Shown here: positions 50,877-59,291 of the stretch, one piece after another
How positions within the stretch are numbered: position 1 is the stretch's first letter
How the letters are laid out: every line of letters begins with the position of its first letter
Origin: an uncultured Gemmatimonadales bacterium
GTDB lineage: Bacteria > Gemmatimonadota > Gemmatimonadetes > Gemmatimonadales > Gemmatimonadaceae
NCBI GenBank assembly: GCA_963850905.1
Contig: CAWKMU010000004.1
Span: forward strand, 320,001-384,000
Direction of reading: 5' to 3'
Length of the DNA: 64,000 nt
The notes under the pieces: generated by a model
What the model was told of the DNA's origin: nothing
Databases searched by the model: none
What the model saw: the letters and a program-made list of their open reading frames with translations, nothing else
Program-made: the position numbers and the translations under genes

Positions 50877-51094
50877 TGGGGGCTTGTCGAGAGGGCCGCT
50901 GAGCCGTGCTAGCTCACGAGGGCGAAAAGAATAGCTCGTCCGCCGAAGCCTCGGCAAGCAAAGGAGCGACACCTTGCTCGCACTCTGGTCCCTGACCCCA
51001 CCGTTCCTTACGTCAGGCTTTGCACCATGGCCCACACCATGCAGCGACAGGCATGGCTCGGTCGAAAAAGAGACCATCCACACGGAGGCGAACG

Positions 51095-51472
51095 ATGCTT
51101 GCAGACAGGAAGGCCCTGGCAACGGTCCCGGTCAAGAGCCTGGCGAAGGCGCGACCCTTCTACGAGCGGACACTTGGCCTCCAGCCGATCGGGACGAGCG
51201 AGCCAGGCGTGCAGAATTATCGAGCCGGTGACTCCACGATCGTCGTCTACGAATCCGCATTCGCCGGGACCAATCAGGCGACCGCCGTCACCTGGCCGTT
51301 GGGCGACGATCTGGAGCCGGTCGTGCGTGACCTCAAGGCCAAAGGCGTCGCCTTCGAACACTATGACCTGCCGGGCATCACGCTCCAAGGCGACGTCCAC
51401 GTCGCGGGCCGCACACGAGTCGCGTGGTTCAAGGATCCGGACGGGAACATCATCAATATCGGGAACTACTGA
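51095..51472 (+). CDS. VOC/glyoxalase-family protein
   Basis: ARPFYERTLGL, LKAKGVAFEHYD, AWFKDPDGNI; RBS GGAGG. Confidence 0.9.
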   Translation: MLADRKALATVPVKSLAKARPFYERTLGLQPIGTSEPGVQNYRAGDSTIVVYESAFAGTNQATAVTWPLGDDLEPVVRDLKAKGVAFEHYDLPGITLQGDVHVAGRTRVAWFKDPDGNIINIGNY

Positions 51473-51529
51473 CCACACACTTCGCCACCCTCGACAGTCG
51501 GTCGGCGGGCGCGGGCGAGGTGTGACCTC

Positions 51530-52018
51530 TCAGACCGGTCTCCGACTGCCGCGCTGCAGCGCCAGCAGGGCCTCCAGCTCGATCAAATGCTCCAGGTCTC
51601 TCCCTCGGCCAGCCGCCCGCTTCGTGGCGATCAACGCCGGCAAAGTCAGAACGCGGAACTCGGTCTCCCCGACGGTAACGAGTTCCGAGTGCGCGAGGGC
51701 CTCGACGTAGGTTCCAAGTCCGGGCACTCGATCAATGAGATCGATGTCGCCGACATCCGTCGTCAGCGTCATCACGGGCGCGCTGCGCAGCGCCCGGATA
51801 TCGAGCACGAACGGGAGGCCGAGCTCCACCCCCCGCAGATACGCGTGCCAGTCCGTCAGGACACCGACGAGTCGCTCCATGCTGTCGGCAGCGGTATCGT
51901 AGCAGAGGTCGATGTCGTTCGTGAAGCGCGCCGACCCGTGAACCGTGGCCGCTACTCCGCCGATGACCACGAAGCGCACACCGGCTGCGATCAGTGCCGC
52001 CACGATCTGCTCGAACAC
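51530..52018 (-). CDS. Nucleotidyltransferase-like protein (DUF6036/AbiEii-like fold)
   Basis: FVVIGGVAA..HG..RFTNDIDL, DIDL, LIATKRAAGRGRDL. Confidence 0.8.
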   Translation of the reverse strand: MFEQIVAALIAAGVRFVVIGGVAATVHGSARFTNDIDLCYDTAADSMERLVGVLTDWHAYLRGVELGLPFVLDIRALRSAPVMTLTTDVGDIDLIDRVPGLGTYVEALAHSELVTVGETEFRVLTLPALIATKRAAGRGRDLEHLIELEALLALQRGSRRPV

Positions 52019-52026
52019 GGGCGGCG

Positions 52027-52560
52027 CTATCCGGTTCTGCGGCGGCGGCCGGCCAACGTCGGAGTCGCGGCCGCGCGCCGCACCCGACGGCGGAACTCGA
52101 CCATCGCGTCCAGCTGGCGGAGCCGCTCTGCCGGCGTACGTCGCAGGTTCGCGCCCAACAGCGTCAAGTCGAGCCCGTAGTCCCCCGCCCGACCGAGCGG
52201 ATCGTGCCGCTTCTCGGCTCGGCGGCCGCGGCGGCGAGGTGCGTACATCACCCGCAACCGGGCCAGTCCGGCGGCGACGGTGGCCAGCACGCGATACACG
52301 TCCACCGACGCGGTGACCAGGCCGTCACCATCGCCAACGGACACCGGCTGCGCGGAGCCGTCGTAGCGGCGCAGAACGTCGGCGGCCAACACATACGCAC
52401 CGGGAAACGGCACTCCAAGGCCTTGGATCAATGCCCGCGCGACAGCAACCCGCTCCGCCGCGCGGATCGTATACGGAATACGCCGGCCAAGGGCAGCCGC
52501 GGCGTTCTGCAGCCACTTCGGGTCGACGTCCAGCAGGTAGGCGAACTCCCCGAGCGTCAT
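52027..52560 (-). CDS. Hypothetical HTH-like protein, putative partner of the nucleotidyltransferase
   Basis: MTLGEFAYLLDVDPKWLQN (HTH-like); C-terminal GLDLTLL..NLRRTPAERL; preceded by a near-consensus promoter. Confidence 0.65.
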   Translation of the reverse strand: MTLGEFAYLLDVDPKWLQNAAAALGRRIPYTIRAAERVAVARALIQGLGVPFPGAYVLAADVLRRYDGSAQPVSVGDGDGLVTASVDVYRVLATVAAGLARLRVMYAPRRRGRRAEKRHDPLGRAGDYGLDLTLLGANLRRTPAERLRQLDAMVEFRRRVRRAAATPTLAGRRRRTG

Positions 52561-52566
52561 GGGATA

Positions 52567-52595
52567 ATTATACCTGGGACACAGACGTATTTCAA
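52567..52595 (-). promoter_or_regulatory. Near-consensus sigma70 promoter, leaderless
   Basis: TTGAAA-N17-TATAAT, 6 nt before ATG 52560. Confidence 0.8.
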
Positions 52596-52711
52596 TCAGA
52601 CGCCCGTGCTGCCGGCCAATGGCGCGGCTCCTGATGGTCTCACCCAGCCGCGACAAACTGACGCCCGGGCCCTGAACCGGGCGGCGCGAAGGCCGCCCGA
52701 GGGGCGTCTCC

Positions 52712-53281
52712 CTACACTCTGGCGGTCGGCGCCGCGACACCCCCGCCGCCAGCGGCCATCGCGGCCCTCCGGGCCATCTGGGCGCGTGTGAGATGCGGCA
52801 CCAGCCCCACCATCCGCTCGATGAGCATCAGCTGCCCCCGGTGATGCATCTCGTGTTCCTTGACCGACAGGATCATCTCGAACCGACTCTTGGAGCCACC
52901 ATTGTCGCCACCAAAGCTGACCCGCTCAGCGAGCACGCTCTCCGTCACGCCGTCCAGCCAGGTCGCCCACTTCTCCCCGGAGCTGCGCAGCATGGCCAGC
53001 GTCTGCTCCTTGCTCCGCGCGGCCTTTTCCTCGACAGCCAAGCGCTGCATGAGACCGACAAAGTCGAACCCCTCCATTGACGATCGGTGTTCCACCGCAT
53101 GCACCTGGTGGTGGAAGCTGTACGCCAGCGCGATGTGCGCGAGTAACTCGCCGACCGTCCGCGTCTCAGGCGCAGGTCGAAAGGCGTATCGGTCTTCCGG
53201 CAGCTCCTCGGCGATCGTAATGGTGTTCCCGCGGACGACGCGGAAGCTCTCAGCCAGCTCTTTGGCCCCGTAGTAATTCAC
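52712..53281 (-). CDS. DinB-family protein
   Basis: FRPAPETRTVGELLAHI, HEMHHRGQL. Confidence 0.9.
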   Translation of the reverse strand: MNYYGAKELAESFRVVRGNTITIAEELPEDRYAFRPAPETRTVGELLAHIALAYSFHHQVHAVEHRSSMEGFDFVGLMQRLAVEEKAARSKEQTLAMLRSSGEKWATWLDGVTESVLAERVSFGGDNGGSKSRFEMILSVKEHEMHHRGQLMLIERMVGLVPHLTRAQMARRAAMAAGGGGVAAPTARV

Positions 53282-53393
53282 GCAAGTCTCTCTGGTTGTG
53301 GGTCGGCGAACGGATACCCCGCTCTAGACAACTTAGCAACCGCGGCAGGAATCAGGCGCTCGGCACGCGGCCCCTGCCAGTCCCGTCGTTCAG

Positions 53394-53436
53394 TGTCCAG
53401 CGTCCAGTCGTCCAGCGTCTAGCGTCTAGCGTCTAG
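53394..53436. repeat. Heptamer tandem repeat (CGTCCAG/CGTCTAG) overlapping the yaeQ stop codon
   Basis: tgtccag cgtccag t cgtccag cgtctag cgtctag cgtctag. Confidence 0.8.
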
Positions 53437-53967
53437 CCAACGTCTTTTCACTTCTGTCACAAACTGCGCGCCCCCTATCGTCAGATAGAGTTGCCGCTCC
53501 ATCACTGACAGGCTGAACGCCACTCGGCGCGCGAGATGGGGTGCGAGCCCCGCCAGGAACTCGCGGTCGATCGCGTACAGCTCGATCGACTCGGCGCGGT
53601 GGATCCGTGATCCCTCGAGCTGCCGCACGAGCTGCGCCGGCTCCTTGTGCGTGTACACCACGACGCGGGGGGCCGCACGTGTCGCGCGATGCAGCCGCTC
53701 CGCGTTCGGCGCTCCGATCTCGATCCACACCTTTACCGCACCCGTCAGGTCGCGGACCGTCAGCGCGGGGTCGTCAGGCTCCGCCAGTCCACGGGAGAAC
53801 TCGATCCCCTCCGCATGCTCGAGACAGTACGCGAGCACGCGCGTGAGCAGATACTCCTCGGTCTCCGATGGGTGCCGTGCCGCCCGAATGGCCAACGTCG
53901 TGTACACGCCACGGTCGACGTCGGCCAGCTCGACGTCGAAGGTGTACATGGTGGCAGTAAGGGCCAT
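53419..53967 (-). CDS. yaeQ: YaeQ-family protein
   Basis: MALTATMY....LADVDRGVY, ARHPSET, VWIEIGAP..ERL. Confidence 0.9.
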   Translation of the reverse strand: MALTATMYTFDVELADVDRGVYTTLAIRAARHPSETEEYLLTRVLAYCLEHAEGIEFSRGLAEPDDPALTVRDLTGAVKVWIEIGAPNAERLHRATRAAPRVVVYTHKEPAQLVRQLEGSRIHRAESIELYAIDREFLAGLAPHLARRVAFSLSVMERQLYLTIGGAQFVTEVKRRWLDARR

Positions 53968-54062
53968 GTGATCGGGTTCTGGGTGCGGAATGCGGCTACA
54001 ACAATACTACGGTGATGATGCCGACGCTCCGGGGCCGCGCTGCCCGCTCCTGGCGATGCTCA

Positions 54063-54101
54063 ACAGTGTAACTTGCCAGTTTACCTGTTTTGTTGTATCA
54101 T
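54063..54101 (+). promoter_or_regulatory. Promoter/operator of the marR-MFS-hydrolase operon
   Basis: TTGCCA (54073)-N17-TATCAT (54096), 6 nt before the ATG; imperfect palindrome ACAG.GTAACT....AGTTTAC.CTGT over the -35. Confidence 0.65.
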
Positions 54102-54107
54102 GCGTTT

Positions 54108-54566
54108 ATGCCCCGACAAAGCCTGGAAAGCGCGGTCGCTGACCTTGCACACGCCATCGGCCTCCTCGTACGCCGCATGCGCGCGGCCGCCGTCTCACAC
54201 GGGCTCTCATTGACTGAGAGCGCCGTCCTGGGGCGCCTGGCTCGAGAAGGACCGGCCACGACGGCCGAGCTCGCGCGCGCGGAAGGCGTCAGGCCGCAGT
54301 CCATGGGTGCCACCGTCGCGGCACTCGAAGACAGAGGCTTGCTCGAGCGGCACCCGCATCCGACCGACGGCCGGCAGGTCAATCTCGACCTGACCGCCAA
54401 AGGCGCCGCTCTCCGCAAGGGCGTCGGCGACGCCAAGCGCACATGGCTCACCCAGGTCGTCGCCCAACTGGACGAGGACGACCGGGACACGCTGTTTGCT
54501 GCCGGCCAGATCATTGAGCGCCTGCTCCAAGACCGACCCACGGTCGGGCACGAGCGCGCCACGTGA
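54108..54566 (+). CDS. MarR-family transcriptional regulator
   Basis: ELARAEGVRPQSM...VAALE..GL.ER..HPTDGRQ...LT.KG. Confidence 0.93.
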   Translation: MPRQSLESAVADLAHAIGLLVRRMRAAAVSHGLSLTESAVLGRLAREGPATTAELARAEGVRPQSMGATVAALEDRGLLERHPHPTDGRQVNLDLTAKGAALRKGVGDAKRTWLTQVVAQLDEDDRDTLFAAGQIIERLLQDRPTVGHERAT

Positions 54567-55876
54567 CGCAACCACCACCCGCTGCGGACGGACGCGAGGC
54601 CGCCCTCGCCGGGTTCATGTCGCACGCGTGGCGAGCGCTGCGGCACCGAAACTTCAAGCTCTTCTTCGCGGGCCAGAGCATCTCGCTCATCGGCACGTGG
54701 ATGACGCGATTGGCCACGGGCTGGCTCGTCTATCGGCTCACCCATTCGGCGCTGCTGCTCGGCATCGTGAGCTTCTCGGGACAGATCGCAGCCTTTGCGC
54801 TCGGACCATTCGCAGGTGCCTGGGTCGAGCGCTTGAATCGCCGCAAGCTGCTGGTGTGGACGCAAGCGCTTGCTGCCGTGCAGTCGCTCGCCATGGCGGC
54901 ACTCACGCTCCCGCGTGTCATCACGATCGCCGAGATCATCGCGCTCAGCGCCTTTCAAGGCCTGATCAACGCGTTCGACATGCCGGCGCGCCAGTCATTC
55001 CTCATTCAGATGGTCGAGGATCGGGCCGACCTCGGCAACGCCATTGCGATCAACTCGTCGATGGTCAACGGTGCGCGGCTCATCGGCCCCGCGATCGCCG
55101 GTGTGGTCATCGCCGCGGTCGGCGAAGGGTGGTGCTTCCTGCTCGACGGGATCAGTTACTTCGCCGTCATCGCATCCCTGCTCCTCATGCGCCTCGAGCC
55201 GTCGCAGGTCCAACGCGCGACAACCAGCATCCTCGAGCAGATACGCGAGGGATGGGACTACGTGAGGACGTTCCGGCCGATTCGCATGATCCTGACCTTG
55301 TTTGCGGTGCTCAGCCTGATGGGCTGGCCATACTCGGTGCTGTTGCCGGTCTTCGCCGCGCAGGTGCTCCACGGTGGTCCGAATACGCTTGGCTGGCTCT
55401 CAGGAGCCTCCGGGCTCGGCGCATTTGTATCGGCAGTCTCCCTCGCGCTCCGCAAGTCGGTCGTCGGCCTCACGCGCATGCTGCAGATCGCGGCGGCCAT
55501 CCTCGGGACTGCGCTGATGCTGTTCGGCCTGTCGCATACGCTGTGGCTTTCAGTCGTGCTCATGGTCTTCGCCGGGTTCGGCTTGATCCAGGGTGCGTCC
55601 GTGAGCAACACGATCATCCAGACGCTGGTCCCCGAAGACAAACGCGCTCGCGTGATGGGCTACTACACGATGGCCTTTGTCGGCAGCGCGCCCTTCGGCA
55701 GCTTGCTGGCCGGCGCGCTGGCCCACCGGATCGGAGCGCCCCACACGGTCATGATCACCGGCGCGGTCTGCATCGCGGCCTCACTCTGGTTCACGCTCGA
55801 GCTCCCGAAGGTGCGAGCGGTCATGCGGCCGATCTACCTGGAGATGGGCCTCCTGCCCGCGCGCGACATCGCCTGA
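54563..55876 (+). CDS. MFS transporter (MFS_3/DHA3-like efflux)
   Basis: ALRHRNFKLFFAGQSISLIGTWM, AFDMPARQSF, NGARLIGPAIAG; 12 TM segments. Confidence 0.93.
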   Translation: MTQPPPAADGREAALAGFMSHAWRALRHRNFKLFFAGQSISLIGTWMTRLATGWLVYRLTHSALLLGIVSFSGQIAAFALGPFAGAWVERLNRRKLLVWTQALAAVQSLAMAALTLPRVITIAEIIALSAFQGLINAFDMPARQSFLIQMVEDRADLGNAIAINSSMVNGARLIGPAIAGVVIAAVGEGWCFLLDGISYFAVIASLLLMRLEPSQVQRATTSILEQIREGWDYVRTFRPIRMILTLFAVLSLMGWPYSVLLPVFAAQVLHGGPNTLGWLSGASGLGAFVSAVSLALRKSVVGLTRMLQIAAAILGTALMLFGLSHTLWLSVVLMVFAGFGLIQGASVSNTIIQTLVPEDKRARVMGYYTMAFVGSAPFGSLLAGALAHRIGAPHTVMITGAVCIAASLWFTLELPKVRAVMRPIYLEMGLLPARDIA

Positions 55877-55878
55877 CC

Positions 55879-55913
55879 GCCAACGTCCAACGTCTAACAT
55901 CCAACCACCTAGC
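55879..55913. repeat. Heptamer tandem repeat (TCCAACG-type)
   Basis: gccaacg tccaacg tctaaca tccaacc acctagc. Confidence 0.7.
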
Positions 55914-55918
55914 CCTCC

Positions 55919-56512
55919 ATGCCGCTCACACAACTCGACCCCACCACTGCCCTCGTCGTGATCGACCTGCAAAAGGGCATCGTCAGCTTCCCGACCGTAC
56001 ACCCCACGGCCGACATCATCGCCCGATCGGCCAGGCTGGCGCGCGGGTTCCGCGAGCGGGGTCTGCCCGTCGTGCTCGTGAATGTCACGGCCATGGCGCC
56101 GGGCCGCACCGACGCCGAACGGCCAAAGTTTGCCCGGCCGGCCGACTGGGCCGAGCTCGTGCCGGAATTGGCGCAGGATCCCAGCGACCATCTCGTCACC
56201 AAGCAACGCTGGGGCGCATTCCTCGGCACAAACTTGGACGAGTATCTGCGCCAGCGCGGAGTGACGCAAATCGTCTTGACGGGCGTCGCAACCAGTATCG
56301 GCGTGGAATCGACGGCGCGAAGCGCCTACGATCTGGGCTATAACGTCGCGCTCGTCGTCGACGCCATGACGGACCGGGACGCAGAAGCGCACCGTAACAG
56401 TGTCGAAAAGATCTTTCCACGACTGGGTGAGACGACCACGACCAATGACGTGCTCAAGCTATTGCGGGAAACTCCGGGATCGGCTGGACCGGCGCAATCA
56501 CGAACCCGCTGA
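55919..56512 (+). CDS. Isochorismatase/cysteine-hydrolase-family protein (YecD-like)
   Basis: TALVVIDLQ, K.RWGAF.GT.LD, GVATSIGVESTARSAYD.GY. Confidence 0.92.
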   Translation: MPLTQLDPTTALVVIDLQKGIVSFPTVHPTADIIARSARLARGFRERGLPVVLVNVTAMAPGRTDAERPKFARPADWAELVPELAQDPSDHLVTKQRWGAFLGTNLDEYLRQRGVTQIVLTGVATSIGVESTARSAYDLGYNVALVVDAMTDRDAEAHRNSVEKIFPRLGETTTTNDVLKLLRETPGSAGPAQSRTR

Positions 56513-56540
56513 CACGGATCGCTTCCTGACACCGTGGCTC

Positions 56541-56570
56541 TTGACGGGCGTATATTAACATCATATACAT
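56541..56570 (+). promoter_or_regulatory. brnTA promoter with palindromic operator
   Basis: TTGACG (56541)-N17-TATACA (56564); GTATAT-N7-ATATAC inverted repeat; GTG start 7 nt downstream. Confidence 0.65.
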
Positions 56571-56576
56571 ACGAAC

Positions 56577-56900
56577 GTGGCTGACGCCCTAGCCGAGTTG
56601 GAAGCGTGTGTCGGGTTCCAGTGGGATGACCGGAATTCGCACAAGAACTGGGAGCGGCATCGCGTGAGCCGCGCAGAGTGCGAAGCGGTTTTCTTCAACG
56701 ACCCATTCGTCGCAGCACCTGATGTGATCCATTCTGAGAAGGAGTCCCGATATTACGTTCTCGGACAGACGGCCCGAGGCCGGCGATTGTTCGTCGCATG
56801 TACAATCCGGGAGCGGCTCATCCGCGTCGTTTCTGCACGGCCGATGAGCCGCCGCGAAAGGAGAAGCTATGACCAAGCCGCGCCAGAAACCGAAAACTGA
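56577..56900 (+). CDS. brnT: BrnT-family toxin (DUF497)
   Basis: FQWD..N..KN..RH.VS..E.E.VF, E.RY..LG, IRVVSARPMSRRERRSY. Confidence 0.9.
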   Translation: MADALAELEACVGFQWDDRNSHKNWERHRVSRAECEAVFFNDPFVAAPDVIHSEKESRYYVLGQTARGRRLFVACTIRERLIRVVSARPMSRRERRSYDQAAPETEN

Positions 56901-57189
56901 GCGCTCTCCGCGGAAGCCGATCCCAGCGTTCGCGACTGAGGATGAGGAGCGCGCCTTCTGGGACTCAGCCGACTCCGTAGACTACATCGACTGGGTAAAG
57001 GCCCGGCGCGTCCAGCTTTCAGAACTCAAACCGTCGACGGCCACCATCTCCCTGCGGCTGCCCGAGGGAATGCTGGACGAACTCAAGATCCTCGCGAACG
57101 AGCGCGACGTTCCGTACCAATCACTGCTCAAGGTGTTTTTGGCCGAGCGCATTCGACAGGAACGAGTGCGCCGGCGGCGCTCCGCCTGA
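56869..57189 (+). CDS. brnA: BrnA/CopG-like antitoxin
   Basis: IPAFATEDEERAFWD, ISLRLP...L..LK.LA....VPYQSLLK. Confidence 0.88.
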   Translation: MTKPRQKPKTERSPRKPIPAFATEDEERAFWDSADSVDYIDWVKARRVQLSELKPSTATISLRLPEGMLDELKILANERDVPYQSLLKVFLAERIRQERVRRRRSA

Positions 57190-57237
57190 GCGACTCTGTC
57201 CCGCGGCGGGCAGTCTGAGCGCTTTTTGTTCGCTCGT

Positions 57238-57256
57238 ATGACGCTCCGCTGTCGCC
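57238..57256 (+). other. Conserved motif copy C (ATGACGCTCCGCTGTCGCC), not followed by a recombinase
   Basis: 19/19 identical to 45961-45979; about 50 bp after the brnA stop. Confidence 0.55.
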
Positions 57257-57547
57257 CAAAGTTTAGGTGGTCCACCCCTGCCGCCGACCCTGATCGCGCC
57301 ACGCGGTCGACCGTGCAAAGCGCGATGGATTCCGCCAGATCGATCTGAAACTATCTGCCCGTCCCCCTCGATAATGAAAGGGGAACTGAGCTCGGCCGCT
57401 GGAGTACACTGGGTGATCGACACCGACACCACACCCCACCGCAGGTGTCACCGGACGATGCGGATGAGTGGTCGACCCGACCGTCTCCACGATCGGCGAG
57501 TGACCCTCGGGCGTCTCCGGTTCACTGACTGACGAGAGAGATAGTGC

Positions 57548-58249
57548 GTGAGTAGATCTGCTACGGGCCGCTCGGACCAAGCCGCCACCACCGGCGCGGA
57601 ACACGCTGGACTCGGGTGGGATTATTCGCTGGGCGAGGAGATCGCTAACAGCATCACGCACGGCGCCGGTCTCGCCGCCAGCATCGCTGGTGCAGCCATC
57701 CTGCTGTTCGTCGTCGCCCAGCATCACGACCCGCTCTGGTTCGCCGCCGATGCCGCCTACGCGGCGTCCCTCATCATCCTGTACACGGCCTCGACCCTGT
57801 ATCACGCGATTCCCAACCGGCGGGCCAAGCACGTCTTTCGCATCATGGACCACGCCGCGATCTACATCCTGATCGCCGGTACCTATACACCGTTCGCACT
57901 CCTCAACCTGCGCGGCACGTGGGGTTGGGCGCTGTGCGCCGGCGCCTGGGGCTTGGCAGTCGTCGGCGTCGTCTTCACGACGCTCATCCGTCACCGACTA
58001 TCGCGTGCCACCACGCTGCTGTATGTCGCAATGGGATGGATGGGGGTAATGGTTGCCAAGCCCGCCTTCGATCACCTGAGCGCCTGGGCCATCATCTGGC
58101 TCGTCGCCGGTGGCCTCCTGTACACAGCGGGCACGTTGTTCTACGCCTGGGAACGACTGAGGTACGGACACGCCGTGTGGCACGTGTTCGTCCTCGGCGG
58201 CAGCGTCTGCCACTACATGGCCGTCCTGCGCTACGCGGTTCCCAGCTAA
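57548..58249 (+). CDS. Hemolysin III / PAQR-family membrane protein
   Basis: EEIANSITHG, STLYH, DHAAIYILIAGTYTPF, YVAMGW, HAVWHVFVLGGS.CHY. Confidence 0.93.
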   Translation: MSRSATGRSDQAATTGAEHAGLGWDYSLGEEIANSITHGAGLAASIAGAAILLFVVAQHHDPLWFAADAAYAASLIILYTASTLYHAIPNRRAKHVFRIMDHAAIYILIAGTYTPFALLNLRGTWGWALCAGAWGLAVVGVVFTTLIRHRLSRATTLLYVAMGWMGVMVAKPAFDHLSAWAIIWLVAGGLLYTAGTLFYAWERLRYGHAVWHVFVLGGSVCHYMAVLRYAVPS

Positions 58250-58692
58250 CGGACCAACGGACTCTCCCACACGCGGAACAGCAGCGACTTGAGCTGCGCG
58301 AAATCCCTGGGCCCAAGCGCCGAGCGCCACTCCCCCTCGATCTCGCGCAAGATCTCGTGCGCCTTGGCCCACGCCGCGTGCCCCCGCTTCGTGAAGCGGA
58401 CGATACGCGCGCGCCCCTCGTCCGGTGCGGCCGATCGCGTGATATAGCCGAGCCGCTCGAGGCTCCCCAGCAGTTGGTTCATGGCTTGCTTGCTCACCCC
58501 CGCACGCTCGGCCAGCACTCCCGGCCGCACGCCGTCCGGACCCGGAAACTGCAGCGCCGCCATGTGCGGCAGCTTAAGATCCCCGAAGCCCGCAGCGTTC
58601 AACCCGACAATGATCCGGCAATGAATCGCCTGCGCCGGCACCCGCAGCAACGCCCCGATCAGCATCTCCCGGCTCTTGACCACCGCACGCAC
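58246..58692 (-). CDS. MarR-family transcriptional regulator
   Basis: LAERAGVSKQAMNQLL..LE.LGYI.R...D.RARIV.FT.RG. Confidence 0.9.
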   Translation of the reverse strand: MRAVVKSREMLIGALLRVPAQAIHCRIIVGLNAAGFGDLKLPHMAALQFPGPDGVRPGVLAERAGVSKQAMNQLLGSLERLGYITRSAAPDEGRARIVRFTKRGHAAWAKAHEILREIEGEWRSALGPRDFAQLKSLLFRVWESPLVR

Positions 58693-58716
58693 CCTGGCTC
58701 CCTTGACTTTTGGCTG

Positions 58717-58757
58717 GTAAACTGAGTTTACTAGTGATCATCGTAAACGGAATTTAC
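58717..58757. promoter_or_regulatory. Two palindromic MarR operators between the divergent marR and cupin genes
   Basis: GTAAACT-G-AGTTTAC (58717-58731) and GTAAACG-G-AATTTAC (58743-58757). Confidence 0.75.
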
Positions 58758-58774
58758 CATTACGGAGCACCAGA

Positions 58775-59257
58775 TTGCCAGCACTGACCACTGACCTCCG
58801 CATCGATCCCGCCAACGAGACGATCCACCTCGGGCCCCTCACGATCCGATTCGTCGTCACGGGCCTACACTCGAACGGCAGCATCGCCGCCTTCGAGCTC
58901 ACGGTCCCCGGCGGACGCGGATTGGCCGCGCCGGCCCACAGTCACGACCACTTCGACGAAACGATCTACTGCACCGCCGGCGTCCTCACCTGGACCGTCG
59001 ACGGCCAACGCATCGACTTGGGCCGCGGCCAGACGCTCTGCATCCCGCGCGGCGCCGTCCACCGCTTCGAGAACCACGGCACTGAGGACGCCACCGCGTT
59101 CGCGGTCTTCACGCCCGCCGCCATCGGACCCGAGTTCTTCCGTGAGTCCGCTGCAGTCATCAACGCCGCCGCCGGCGGCCCACCTGACCGAGCGAAGCTC
59201 GCTGAGATCATGCTCCGCTACGGCCTCACTCCGGCCCCACTGCCGCCGCCGGCTTAA
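58775..59257 (+). CDS. Cupin-domain protein
   Basis: AHSHDHFDETIY...G, IPRGAVHRFEN. Confidence 0.88.
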   Translation: MPALTTDLRIDPANETIHLGPLTIRFVVTGLHSNGSIAAFELTVPGGRGLAAPAHSHDHFDETIYCTAGVLTWTVDGQRIDLGRGQTLCIPRGAVHRFENHGTEDATAFAVFTPAAIGPEFFRESAAVINAAAGGPPDRAKLAEIMLRYGLTPAPLPPPA

Positions 59258-59291
59258 CGCCTCGGCGACTCAACTCAAGGGATTTTCCCCG

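Noticed and set aside
57270..57547. Possible riboswitch upstream of the hemolysin III gene
   Set aside because: Some GC pairing is possible, but I recognise no riboswitch consensus; it would need an Rfam search.
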